A stretch of DNA of 64,000 bases from contig CAWGLD010000005.1 of the NCBI GenBank assembly GCA_963823335.1, positions 352,001 through 416,000 of the forward strand, read 5' to 3'. The notes beneath the pieces were generated by a model. It was not told the DNA's origin and did no database searches. It saw nothing but the letters and a program-made list of their open reading frames with translations. This stretch comes from an uncultured delta proteobacterium. GTDB taxonomy: Bacteria > Desulfobacterota > Desulfobacteria > Desulfobacterales > B30-G6. The translations under genes and the position numbers were made by a program. This document shows, piece by piece, positions 18,636-27,822 of the stretch. Within the stretch, counting starts at the first letter, position 1; each line of letters starts with the position of its first letter.

Positions 18636-19757
18636 TTATTCAGCTAAAAGTTTCTTGCTGGTTTTTGTAACCTCAATACCTTTGGATATAACCAGAGCCT
18701 TACCGATGTCAAACCCGTGTTTGAGCACCTGGTCATCCTGGCTCGAAGCAGATCGCTGAAACGTTCTGGTACGAGGATATTTATGTGACATGTAAACCCC
18801 GAGCTTGGGGTCTTCCAGGGTTGTCAAAGCAGTTGTTGTTTCCATGTCAGATGGTATGAGTTTCTGATCTGCCAGCTTTTTGCAGAAACCTTCAACCAAT
18901 CCGACGGCAAAATCTGTCTTGCGATACCGGTTCAGCGTCCCATGACGGTTGTAGTGACGCCAGTGTCTTTCGATGGTGTTTTTGACGAAATCGTAGACAT
19001 AGGAAGCGATCTTGACATTTTCCGGAACCCCGCTGATCTCAAAAACACGTCCCATTTTTCCTTTTTCAAGGACATAAGATGATACCCAGAGACCCTGGAC
19101 AAAATAGTATTTCTGCAACAGGTTTGCCAGATGATACTCCTCTCGATGATGTCGCAATGCCGGAGAACCGATAAACATGCTGACAAAGTATCGATGAGAC
19201 GATTTGTTCAGCAGATCGATGTTGTATTTCCTCATCAGTTCGTGGGCTTTGGTCATGGCGGATTCCGCTTCGTGGCGATTGGTACTTTTCGCCAGGGACA
19301 TGAGTTTTTTCACGCGTAGCAGGATCCGATCCTGATTACTGATGGAGCGAAGGTGTATCTGGTCATGCAGTGGTTTGTAGCGGCCGGATGCTTTTGGATT
19401 GGCCCTCAGACGATGGCAAGCCTTTAAAAAATCAGGCCCATGGGGAGACGTCTCTGAAGTCTTGAGAACCTGTTCGGCATACTGGTGCGCCATTTCATGA
19501 TACAGGACATCCCGAACATCGTCCCAGGGGTAGTTCAGAGCAAATGCCCGGCTGATGGAAATTTCATTTTTTGATCCAGACCAGTAACCCAGGCGGCTTT
19601 TTATTGTTCGCAGACTGAACAGGGGCTGTTTCATCTGCTGGCGGTCATGGTGAGACAGTACCCAGAGGGCATTTTGCCATTCACAGGCGATCCCATGAAC
19701 GACGCGACGTTCCAGATCCTCCTGCAGACGAATGTCAAACGCTTGCATCTGATTCAT
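18636..19757 (-). CDS. SprT-like zinc metalloprotease fused to a DUF2786-like region
   Basis: HEMAH zincin motif and HGPDF, followed by RVKKLMSLAKSTNRHEAESAMTKAHELMRKY. Start uncertain (19811, 19757 or 19748). Confidence 0.82.
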   Translation of the reverse strand: MNQMQAFDIRLQEDLERRVVHGIACEWQNALWVLSHHDRQQMKQPLFSLRTIKSRLGYWSGSKNEISISRAFALNYPWDDVRDVLYHEMAHQYAEQVLKTSETSPHGPDFLKACHRLRANPKASGRYKPLHDQIHLRSISNQDRILLRVKKLMSLAKSTNRHEAESAMTKAHELMRKYNIDLLNKSSHRYFVSMFIGSPALRHHREEYHLANLLQKYYFVQGLWVSSYVLEKGKMGRVFEISGVPENVKIASYVYDFVKNTIERHWRHYNRHGTLNRYRKTDFAVGLVEGFCKKLADQKLIPSDMETTTALTTLEDPKLGVYMSHKYPRTRTFQRSASSQDDQVLKHGFDIGKALVISKGIEVTKTSKKLLAE

Positions 19758-20538
19758 GGAAAAGCTGATCGAGCTCCGTGTCCCTGTCCATCCAGACCGG
19801 AAACGTTTCACGGTAATTCTGCAGGGTCGTTAGAGAAAGACTGGCTGTCTGGGTGTGAGCGCGTTTGACCTCTTGAAAATGAACATTGCCCTGATAATCG
19901 ACGACACACGAATAGCCGTTGTATTCGATCTGATTGCCGTCCACGCCGATCCGATTGACGCCGATGACATAAGATTGGTTCTCTATGGCCCTGGCCCGTA
20001 AAAGGGTCTGCCATTGGATCTCTCGGGATGCCGGCCAATTTGCGACAACGATGGCCAGATCATAGGGCTTGCCGGAATTTCTCATCCAGACCGGGAAACG
20101 AAGATCATAGCAGATAAATGGCCGGATACGCCATCCTTTCAGTTCCACTGTCAATTGATGCGTTCCGGCACTATACACCTTTTCCTCTCCGGTCATCCGA
20201 AAGAGATGTTTCTTGTCGTAAGTAACCATCCGGCCATCCGGTTTTGCCCAGATCAAACGATTGAAATAGCGCCCGTCTTCTTCAATCATGAGACTACCAG
20301 TGATGTCGGCGGATTTTTTCTTTGCTTTTTCCATCATCCAGGCCACGGCACTTCCCTGCATGGTTTCGGCAAGACCAGCCGGGTGCATACTGAACCCGGT
20401 CGAAAACATTTCAGGCAGGAGGATGAGGTCGGTGGGGTTTTCAATGGCTTCGATTTTTTTATCCAGCATTTCCAGATTGGCTTGAGTGTCTTCCCACGCC
20501 AACTCTGTCTGGATGAAGGTAACAATTAAATTCTGCAT
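19735..20538 (-). CDS. Nitrilase-family amidohydrolase (omega-amidase, YafV-like)
   Basis: Catalytic triad motifs LPEMF, YDKKHLF and ICYDLRFP, plus RAIENQ. Confidence 0.92.
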   Translation of the reverse strand: MQNLIVTFIQTELAWEDTQANLEMLDKKIEAIENPTDLILLPEMFSTGFSMHPAGLAETMQGSAVAWMMEKAKKKSADITGSLMIEEDGRYFNRLIWAKPDGRMVTYDKKHLFRMTGEEKVYSAGTHQLTVELKGWRIRPFICYDLRFPVWMRNSGKPYDLAIVVANWPASREIQWQTLLRARAIENQSYVIGVNRIGVDGNQIEYNGYSCVVDYQGNVHFQEVKRAHTQTASLSLTTLQNYRETFPVWMDRDTELDQLFHESDASV

Positions 20539-21671
20539 AACTTTTCAGCAGCCCTTTCTAGTGTCTCTTCTCTTTTGGCAAAGCAGAAACGCACTACGTT
20601 ATGATCTGTCATGGTGTGATAAAATACAGAAACCGGTATGGAAGCAACCCCGTGCTCGATGGTCATCCAACGGGTGAACTCAATATCCGGTAACTCCGAG
20701 ATAGCATGGTATTGCATCATTTGAAAATAGGTTCCGCTGCATGGGACGGGTTTGAAGCGCGAACCAGCCATATAGGATAAAAAAGCATCTCTTTTTTCCT
20801 GATAAAAGAAAGCCAGATCCTGATACAGATCTTTCTGCTCAAGGATGTCGGCATATGCGAGTTGTATGGGTGTATTGGAGGAAAAAGTAAGAAACTGATG
20901 AACCCGTTGAAACTCCCTGGAGAGTGTTTCCGGTGCCAGACAATAGCCGATTTTCCAACCTGTGGTGTGATAGGTCTTGCCAAAGGAACTTACGACATAG
21001 CTCCTGGCTGCCAGACTGGGATAACGGAGAATGCTTTCATGAATCTGATGGTCAAAAACAATATGTTCGTATACTTCATCGCTCAGAATGAGGGTTTCTG
21101 TGTTGTCAAGGGTCGTTTCCAGGGCTGCCATGTCCGATTTTTGGAGAATGGTGCCCGTGGGATTGTGAGGCGAGTTCAGGATAATAAGGCGTGTTTTTTC
21201 AGAGAGGCTATCCGCAACCTCGTCCCAGTCGATTCGGTAGTCAGGCGGCTTCAACTGCAGGAAAACGGGGATGCCATTGTTCAGTCTAACCACCGGGGCA
21301 TAGGCATCATAGGCCGGTTCGAAAATGATGACTTCATCGCCTGCACGGACCACCGAAGTTATGGCGGCGTACAGTGCTTCCGTGGCTCCGGAAGTGACGG
21401 TGATTTCCGTGTCGGGGTCGTAGTCACAACAATAGAGATCGCGCACCTTCCGGGCAATTTTCTGACGCAGAGCAGGTACTCCCTGCATGGGGGCATACTG
21501 ATTGCTGCCTTTTCTCATATAGTCGCTTACGCGCCGAATCAGGTCGGGGGCGGCATCAAAGTCCGGGAAGCCCTGGGACAGGTTGATGGCCTGGTGGTCA
21601 TTGGCCAGTTGAGACATGACCGTAAAAATGGTGACACCGACGTCAGGCAGTTTTGAATCGAGTTGTATCAT
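20526..21671 (-). CDS. PLP-dependent aminotransferase (YbdL/methionine aminotransferase-like)
   Basis: SKLPDVGVTIFTVMS, INLSQGFPDF, DEVYEH and SFGKTYHTTGWKIGY. Confidence 0.92.
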   Translation of the reverse strand: MIQLDSKLPDVGVTIFTVMSQLANDHQAINLSQGFPDFDAAPDLIRRVSDYMRKGSNQYAPMQGVPALRQKIARKVRDLYCCDYDPDTEITVTSGATEALYAAITSVVRAGDEVIIFEPAYDAYAPVVRLNNGIPVFLQLKPPDYRIDWDEVADSLSEKTRLIILNSPHNPTGTILQKSDMAALETTLDNTETLILSDEVYEHIVFDHQIHESILRYPSLAARSYVVSSFGKTYHTTGWKIGYCLAPETLSREFQRVHQFLTFSSNTPIQLAYADILEQKDLYQDLAFFYQEKRDAFLSYMAGSRFKPVPCSGTYFQMMQYHAISELPDIEFTRWMTIEHGVASIPVSVFYHTMTDHNVVRFCFAKREETLERAAEKLCRI

Positions 21672-22651
21672 ACTGTTTCGTATTCTCTCAAAATACCTTG
21701 GGCTTCCATGCGGATCTCTGTACGAAGAGCGTCAGGTTCCAGCACCACGGCATCTTTTCCCCAACCCAGGATCCAGAATTTGATTTCTTCGATTCCGGCG
21801 ATTTCCGCCTTGAAAATAAGAGACCCATCCTTCTGTTTTTCCACGACTTGAGTTGCATGCCAGCTCTTTTCAAGGATATAGCCGGCAATTCTTGGTGAGA
21901 AATGGATAACCACCTGTACCGGTTCGCCAAAAAAGGCCCCGAAACTTGCGCGCAGGAGGTTTTCCATATCAAAATCCTGTGGCGCTTCAAAAGTAGTGTC
22001 TCTTAATACCATCTTCCGTATCCTGTCAACGGCAAACAGTCGTATGTCTTTCCTGAGATGACAAAAGCCGAGCATGTAAAAGGTGCCATCGAAAAACCAG
22101 AGCTTGTAGGGAGCGACGATCCTTCGGGAGGTTTTACGGCGACTCATGACAAAATAGGTTAAACGCACATGCTGCCGATTGAGAATCGCGTCGTTGATCT
22201 GATCGATGATTGTCCTGAATCGGCCGTAGTCCTTGGTTGGCTTCAGGCCGACTTTCAGACTTGATTCAACATGCCGCAGATACGTCATATACTCAGGTGG
22301 CAGGGTAGCCTTGATTTTCTGAAAAAGAGTCTCGAGAGAATCGTAGAAGAGCGTGTTTTTCAGCATTTTCAGCATATCACTGCTGAAATAGAGCGCCATG
22401 AGCTCGGTAATATTAAAGGGAATCGGTATGTAATGTTTGGCGGACTCCATCAGGGACCAGTAATTTTTTTGGTCTTTTCGCTCCGTATAGACGGGAAATC
22501 CCGCGACCTGAAGTGCCTCCAGGTCTCTGTAAACGGTTCTGGAATGGCAGGATAGCTCAACGGCCAGGTCCTGAACCGATTTCCCCCGCTTGGAAGCGAT
22601 CAGGCTCCTGATGATTTTCCATTGTCTTCCTAATTGGTCGCCTCTGGCCAT
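21668..22651 (-). CDS. HTH-WYL-WCX transcriptional regulator (YafY family)
   Basis: N-terminal wHTH (RTVYRDLEAL) and WYL-domain motifs (VAPYKL..FYMLGFCHLRKDIRLFAVDRI), ending in VLEPDALR. Confidence 0.92.
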   Translation of the reverse strand: MARGDQLGRQWKIIRSLIASKRGKSVQDLAVELSCHSRTVYRDLEALQVAGFPVYTERKDQKNYWSLMESAKHYIPIPFNITELMALYFSSDMLKMLKNTLFYDSLETLFQKIKATLPPEYMTYLRHVESSLKVGLKPTKDYGRFRTIIDQINDAILNRQHVRLTYFVMSRRKTSRRIVAPYKLWFFDGTFYMLGFCHLRKDIRLFAVDRIRKMVLRDTTFEAPQDFDMENLLRASFGAFFGEPVQVVIHFSPRIAGYILEKSWHATQVVEKQKDGSLIFKAEIAGIEEIKFWILGWGKDAVVLEPDALRTEIRMEAQGILREYETV

Positions 22652-22738
22652 ATACAAGCTGCCTTTTTTTCCGTCATTAAAAACCTGGTCCTATGGGCCA
22701 AGTCAGAGATATTAAGTTCTGCCGGAATCATCTTAAGA

Positions 22739-23120
22739 AAGAATACAGGCGTCAGAATTCAGGCTCTTTGCTATAATGATTTTATAAAGATGAACGTCCA
22801 ACATCGAACATCGAACGTCCAATGTTGAATGGAAACAAAAAAACCAATACTGAATTATTTCTGTTTCTTCATTTTTTGAAGACCGCGCAGCAAGTTACGA
22901 GGAATGTTCTGCTGTGCGGCAGAACCTACGGGGAATGCGCTCGCTGTTTTGATTCAAAATTCGATGTTGGACGTTCGATGTTCGATGGTCATTCGGTTTC
23001 CAGCATTAAAACAATTTAGCGTTTTACGAAATTCTGTATTCTGAATTCTTGTGGATCAGACACTTGGTGATAAAGCCCCTTGTCGGGGCAACCCGGTACC
23101 GGACCCATTGGGCACCGGTT
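22739..23120. mobile_element. Nested non-coding repeat complex, including family A copy 2 (22876-22957, inverted)
   Basis: A TTGAA...TTCAA element sits inside a 21-bp perfect IR (22802-22822 / 22967-22987), which sits inside degenerate AGAATAC/AGAATTC arms. A CCCTTG..CCGG motif follows. Confidence 0.75.
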
Positions 23121-23944
23121 TAAATAACCTGGATATGCCAGGGTTCAAACTGGACACCCAGACGGTTGTCTTGTGGGTAACGAAAGACAATGTAACCCAG
23201 TTGGGTCATCTTTTTGTATACATTGGTATGGCTGAAACGGATGGTAAAATTGGCCGCACCGAAACCGACCTGTCCCACATCAAAATCACCGATCCCATGA
23301 TAAGAATAACCTGGGGGGGCTATGGCCCGGGAGGCCAACGATAAATTGCCCTCGGTTTTCTTGACTTTTCCCAGAAACAGGTAAAATTGTTTTGCCATGC
23401 CCCGGATACCGGCTGTGAGAACAACCCCCTCGCCGATATCGTTTGATATCTGGTGATAGATCTTCTGGGAAGTGCCTTTAAAAAGATAGTTGCCGGTTCC
23501 AGGGATCTTTTGAATCTTCGATGCAGCAATGGTGCTCGAAATATTGTGAAATGTTTTATCACCTAGAAAGCCATAGATTCTGGCATCGGTTAGAAACAAT
23601 CTAGTGATAAATTCAATTTCCTGGTTCGTAAACGCACCGACTTTCGTATAGTCCCTGGCAACCCGTAGACTTTCGTCAAGACCCAGGATACAGAAATTAC
23701 CGAATCCTACTCTGGCCTGAATACGGGCAAATCGATCCAAAGTGGTCTGCAATACAGGCCAGTCATCTTTTGAAAGCAGGATATCGCGGACAGAGCTGGT
23801 CTGTTGACGGTTTGTAAGGGCGGCTCCTGTGAGCTCTTTCATGGAGGTGTCAGGAGAATCAACGGCCCTGACAATCCTGGTGGCAGGCAGACCCTGCATC
23901 ACGAGAAAAAAACCGAATGCTTTTAAGAAGGTTCTTCGATGCAT
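23120..23944 (-). CDS. Tat-exported M15B (VanY-like) D-Ala-D-Ala carboxypeptidase
   Basis: Twin-arginine signal MHRRTFLK, APPGYSYHGIGDFD (SxHxxGxxD) and EPWH. Confidence 0.88.
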   Translation of the reverse strand: MHRRTFLKAFGFFLVMQGLPATRIVRAVDSPDTSMKELTGAALTNRQQTSSVRDILLSKDDWPVLQTTLDRFARIQARVGFGNFCILGLDESLRVARDYTKVGAFTNQEIEFITRLFLTDARIYGFLGDKTFHNISSTIAASKIQKIPGTGNYLFKGTSQKIYHQISNDIGEGVVLTAGIRGMAKQFYLFLGKVKKTEGNLSLASRAIAPPGYSYHGIGDFDVGQVGFGAANFTIRFSHTNVYKKMTQLGYIVFRYPQDNRLGVQFEPWHIQVI

Positions 23945-24300
23945 GAGGTATGGTGCTTCAGGATGAATTCCAGTTGTGATGTCTGGTCTGATGTCAGTTC
24001 AACGAACTGAACTCCCTGTTGTCTTAACCGTATCGTGCTGAAGGCATTTTCCCTGGCAAGTTCGAAATCGAAGACGGTTTGGATGGGGATATTTTTGACG
24101 CACAGGCCGTTTTGGCGGACAATGATATCCAGGTCGCAGGCACCATTAGACCGGGCTTCCGCTGCGAGGTATTTAAACGCGAGTCCGCCCATGCTGATGT
24201 CCTTGATCTGACCAAGCTTGGAGGTCTTTGGACCCAGCACCGCATAAGCCCCTTGGGCGGCCTTGAATCGTTCGTGTTTTCTGCGTTCAAAATGCTTCAT
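23923..24300 (-). CDS. Single-domain PilZ protein
   Basis: ERRKHER (RxxxR) and DISMGG (DxSxxG). Confidence 0.9.
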   Translation of the reverse strand: MKHFERRKHERFKAAQGAYAVLGPKTSKLGQIKDISMGGLAFKYLAAEARSNGACDLDIIVRQNGLCVKNIPIQTVFDFELARENAFSTIRLRQQGVQFVELTSDQTSQLEFILKHHTSCIEEPS

Positions 24301-24536
24301 ATGTTATCCCGCAGCGGGATGCACATTGGTGGGCACATCACGCTTTGTTTGCCCAAAGGCGATTGCAAGGTGTATAAAATAGTATGCCGGGAGTGTCAAT
24401 AGAAAAGTAAACTCAACGATCACAGGGGATTATGGCACCTCAGGGAATTTTTTGCCAAATTCGTGTAAATTCTCCACAAGATCGATGCCCCTTGGGGTGA
24501 TGCTAGCCGTGCAGGAGATATATGGCGGGCAGTCCA

Positions 24537-24575
24537 TGGATTTGTTTCGTATTTCGGTGTTCGGATTTAGAATTT
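24537..24575. repeat. Heptamer arm (TTCGKAT-type), dispersed copy
   Basis: 39 nt with 3 mismatches to 26307-26345. A partial copy lies at 32648-32668. Confidence 0.8.
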
Positions 24576-24598
24576 CTAATAAACCCGAGTATTCGCCG

Positions 24599-25447
24599 TC
24601 AAACAAGTGTCAGGTAATAGAAACCTGATCCAATGGCCCAAAAAAGAACCATCACTGTTGCCAGGGCACACAAATGTGCCAGAATTCTGTGCAGCCGGGT
24701 TTCAATTTTTCTTTCATGGTAACCAAACAAAAATCCGAGCAGGACACCTCCGGCGAGGCCGCCACCGTGCCCCCAGTTATCGATACCCGGGATCAGGAAC
24801 CCGAACAGAAAGATAACCAGCACCCAACCGCCGATTTGACGATAGATGGCTTGCCCGTAGACACCGCCGCGGCTCTTGCCGAAATAAAGAGCGGCGCCGA
24901 TGAGACCACAGATTGCTGCGGATGAGCCGATAGTGTCATGGGTACCCCTCAGATAGGAAACCCAGAATCCGATCGTTCCGCCAAGGGTATAGATGCTGAA
25001 CATCCGGTGTATACCATATTCACGGATTATGAGCGCCGAGATCTGGCGGAGTGCCATCATATTGAACAAAATATGCAGGATGCCGCCGTGAAGATAAGTG
25101 GCCGATAAAAGGGTCCACCAGCGGTGCAAGTTGTCAATGGCAAAGGTACCGGTCGCTCCGAACAGTCTGAGACTCAATAGGCTGGGAGATAGAAAATGCA
25201 GGGGGTTTCCCATGGAAAGACTGAGATTCTGAAAGCTGATCAGGACCGTAAGGGCAAACATCCCCACATTGACGTATATGATACCCTTGATGAATCGAGC
25301 CGGGTCTTTGAAGAGACGCGTAACAAGATTGTTGTGTATCCAGGATCCGGGTTTTAATGTACCACAATAGGGACAGCTGGCTTCATCCACACTGACGAGT
25401 TTGCGGCAGTTCGGGCACACAATAGTTTTCAACACAGTACGGGGCAT
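24599..25447 (-). CDS. Rhomboid intramembrane serine protease with N-terminal zinc ribbon
   Basis: CPNC..CPYC, HGGILHILFNM, the GSS catalytic Ser and the GHGGG catalytic His. Confidence 0.9.
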   Translation of the reverse strand: MPRTVLKTIVCPNCRKLVSVDEASCPYCGTLKPGSWIHNNLVTRLFKDPARFIKGIIYVNVGMFALTVLISFQNLSLSMGNPLHFLSPSLLSLRLFGATGTFAIDNLHRWWTLLSATYLHGGILHILFNMMALRQISALIIREYGIHRMFSIYTLGGTIGFWVSYLRGTHDTIGSSAAICGLIGAALYFGKSRGGVYGQAIYRQIGGWVLVIFLFGFLIPGIDNWGHGGGLAGGVLLGFLFGYHERKIETRLHRILAHLCALATVMVLFWAIGSGFYYLTLV

Positions 25448-25545
25448 TGGACGCTATTTTCTTTTAGGAATTAGGACGCATAACAGTAAAATACGTACTG
25501 ATGGTAATGATTCGGCATTGATCTGTCAATTAAATTACTATAGAT

Positions 25546-25626
25546 AGCCATAAGCGGTAAGCACTAAGCAACAAGCTGCTGCCGGTCAACCCACTTATAG
25601 CTTATGGCTTATGGCTTACAGCTTAC
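25546..25626. repeat. TAAGC/GCTTA heptamer inverted-repeat element
   Basis: AGCCATAAGCGGTAAGCACTAAGC ... GCTTATGGCTTATGGCTTACAGCTTAC. Confidence 0.75.
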
Positions 25627-25708
25627 TGTTCCGTTCCTTACGCCTTGAATTCATTACCGTCAATGGATCGGGTGAGGGACGCATACTTAACAGGAAAAAG
25701 GGAATTCA

Positions 25709-26026
25709 ATGACGACAATTCATCTTGTTTACATGACCACCAGTGACAAGGCAGAGGCCCGCAAGATCGGTATGGCCCTGGTGGAATCGCACTTGGCAGC
25801 CTGTGTGAACATTATCGATCAGATGAGCTCTTTATATCGCTGGGAAGGAAAGATACAGGAAGATCAGGAGGTTGTTCTGATCGCCAAGACCACGGAAAAA
25901 AAATTACCGGCGCTGAAGCGTAAAGTTAAAGCGATGCATAGCTACGAGTGTCCTTGCATCGTATGCCTGCCGGTTACGGACGGCTATGAGCCGTTTTTGC
26001 AGTGGATACGGGAACACGTCGATTAA
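25709..26026 (+). CDS. cutA: Divalent-cation tolerance protein CutA
   Basis: LAACVNI..SLYRWEGKI..KT..HSYECP. Confidence 0.93.
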   Translation: MTTIHLVYMTTSDKAEARKIGMALVESHLAACVNIIDQMSSLYRWEGKIQEDQEVVLIAKTTEKKLPALKRKVKAMHSYECPCIVCLPVTDGYEPFLQWIREHVD

Positions 26027-26037
26027 AGGAAAGCAAC

Positions 26038-26292
26038 ATGAAAGATGATAACGGTTTGTATTACCATCCGCAGCTGCAGAATAAGCGTGTGCGGATGTAT
26101 GTTCGTAAGTTCGGCAGCGAAATCCAGTTTCGGCTCTGGAACCAGGACGTGCCCGAGCTGTGGGAGGAACATGGCTGGGTGGCGCACGAAGCTATTCTAC
26201 AGGCTGCGAAGATGTATGGGGGCAAGACTATAGACCCGGGAAAGGTGTATGATATCAATATAGCAGAAGGGCTTTTGAAAGAGGAAGGTTGA
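26038..26292 (+). CDS. Small hypothetical protein
   Basis: AAGGAAAG RBS before ATG 26038. Follows cutA on the same strand (MKDDNGLYYHP...). Confidence 0.7.
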   Translation: MKDDNGLYYHPQLQNKRVRMYVRKFGSEIQFRLWNQDVPELWEEHGWVAHEAILQAAKMYGGKTIDPGKVYDINIAEGLLKEEG

Positions 26293-26306
26293 CGTCGAAC
26301 TATATT

Positions 26307-26416
26307 TGGATTTGTTTCGTATTTCGATATTCGTATTTAGAATTTATCATAAGTTAAATGTGTATAAAATTAACCCTTGTAGGGTTGAATCAGTGCCGGG
26401 CCCTTTGGACCCGGTT
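26307..26416. repeat. Composite element: heptamer arm plus CCCTTG..GCCGGGCCCTTTGGACCCGG motif
   Basis: Same architecture as 23031-23120 and 32648-32736. Confidence 0.7.
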
Positions 26417-26433
26417 ATCTACTTACATATTTT

Positions 26434-26832
26434 TTAGAGTCCCTGCAGTAAACTTCTTACCACATTCCCGTCTGCCCGGGCGCCGAAATATTTCATGATC
26501 GGGCCCATGGCTTGCATCTTGCTCTTGAATTGTGAAAAATCTATGTTGTCCGTGACCCAGGCGACAATTTCGTCCTCTGAAGCCATCTGTGGCAGATAGG
26601 TTTCAATGATTTGGATAAAGACTGTGTCTTTGTCAGAACCCTTTTGTGCCAGGGTTTCTTTTTCTGATTTGATCAGTTTCTTCAGGACCTTGATTACCTC
26701 CTCATCGGAAAGCTCTTTTGTATCGGCCCTGGCGAATTCCCCCATGATGACCCGCAGGGTACTTTTCTTATCTTCATCCTTGGCTTTCATGGCACCCATA
26801 AGATCCTTTTTGATTTGCTGCTGAATGGTCAT
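26434..26832 (-). CDS. GatB/YqeY domain protein
   Basis: IKKDLMGAMKAKD..STLR..YLPQM..MGPIM..ADG. Confidence 0.9.
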   Translation of the reverse strand: MTIQQQIKKDLMGAMKAKDEDKKSTLRVIMGEFARADTKELSDEEVIKVLKKLIKSEKETLAQKGSDKDTVFIQIIETYLPQMASEDEIVAWVTDNIDFSQFKSKMQAMGPIMKYFGARADGNVVRSLLQGL

Positions 26833-26911
26833 TGCTGACTCCTTGTCATCATTTGGTAAATTTTAAGTCCATGTCTATTTATATGATTTATCCATAATTC
26901 CTTCAAAAATA

Positions 26912-27126
26912 GAGTCCAAGGATTAGAGGGTTCAAGTGTTTGCTGATAGATTGATTTCTTGCAAGGAATTCTTATCTTGTCAAGTAAGTTTACTGGATAC
27001 AGAACCTTGGAATTTTAACCTGTTTTGTGCTATGCATTCTGGAAGCATTTTTGTTTTTTTAAGTGCCTCTGTTTACTGGATCTTCGGGTTCTCCCACCCT
27101 TGAACCCTTGGATCCTCGAACCCTCA
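26912..27126. repeat. Degenerate octamer (GGTTCRAG/CTYGAACC) inverted arms; related arm at ~39748-39779
   Basis: GTCCAAGGATTAGAGGGTTCAAGTG ... CCCTTGAACCCTTGGATCCTCGAACCCTC. Confidence 0.55.
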
Positions 27127-27144
27127 AACCCATGGTCTTAAAGA

Positions 27145-27822
27145 ATGCGTATTCTGCTAATAGAAGACGACCGCAAAATTGCCTCTTTCATTGAAAAAGG
27201 GCTGACGGCGGATGGATTTGCCGTGGATCAGGCATTTAGCGGTGAAGACGGACTTCATTTGGCGCTGACAGAGCCCTATGATGCCGCCATCGTGGACATC
27301 ATGCTCCCTGAAAGGGACGGTCTGAGTATTATCCAGGAAATGCGGAAACGCAGTATTGAAACACCCGTCATTATTCTAAGCGCCAAAAGCAAGATTGACG
27401 ACCGTGTTAAAGGACTGCAGTCAGGTGGTGATGATTACCTTACCAAGCCCTTTGCATTTTCCGAACTTCTGGCCCGTATTCAGGCACTGATCCGTCGTGC
27501 CAGTGGAACCAGAGAGCCCACCAGTCTCGAATACAAAGGACTGTCCATGCATCTCCTCAGCCGTGAGATCATACGTGATGGTGAGAAGATCGATCTGCAA
27601 CCACTGGAATATTCTTTACTGGAATATTTGATGCGCAACGCTGAACGGGTGGTTTCTAAGACCATGATCATGGAGCATGTCTGGAACTATAACTTTGATC
27701 CCCAGACCAACGTGGTCGAGGCAAGGATCTGCAAGCTGCGAGATAAAATCGACAAGGCATCTGAAAAAAAACTGATACATACCGTCCGTGGTGTGGGATA
27801 TGTACTCAAAGAAAGGCCTTAA
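27145..27822 (+). CDS. OmpR-family response regulator (CusR/CopR-like)
   Basis: Receiver domain plus winged helix. VWNYNFDPQTNVVE and HTVRGVGY. Confidence 0.93.
   Translation: MRILLIEDDRKIASFIEKGLTADGFAVDQAFSGEDGLHLALTEPYDAAIVDIMLPERDGLSIIQEMRKRSIETPVIILSAKSKIDDRVKGLQSGGDDYLTKPFAFSELLARIQALIRRASGTREPTSLEYKGLSMHLLSREIIRDGEKIDLQPLEYSLLEYLMRNAERVVSKTMIMEHVWNYNFDPQTNVVEARICKLRDKIDKASEKKLIHTVRGVGYVLKERP

Noticed and set aside
22634-23019. Short ORFs of 64-65 aa in the nested repeat region
   Set aside because: They are translations of periodic repeats (NVQHRTSNVQ, FDVGRSMFD) with no RBS or domain evidence.
24599-25447. Rhomboid as an inactive pseudoprotease (GSSA rather than GASG)
   Set aside because: The GxS serine and the downstream catalytic His are both present.
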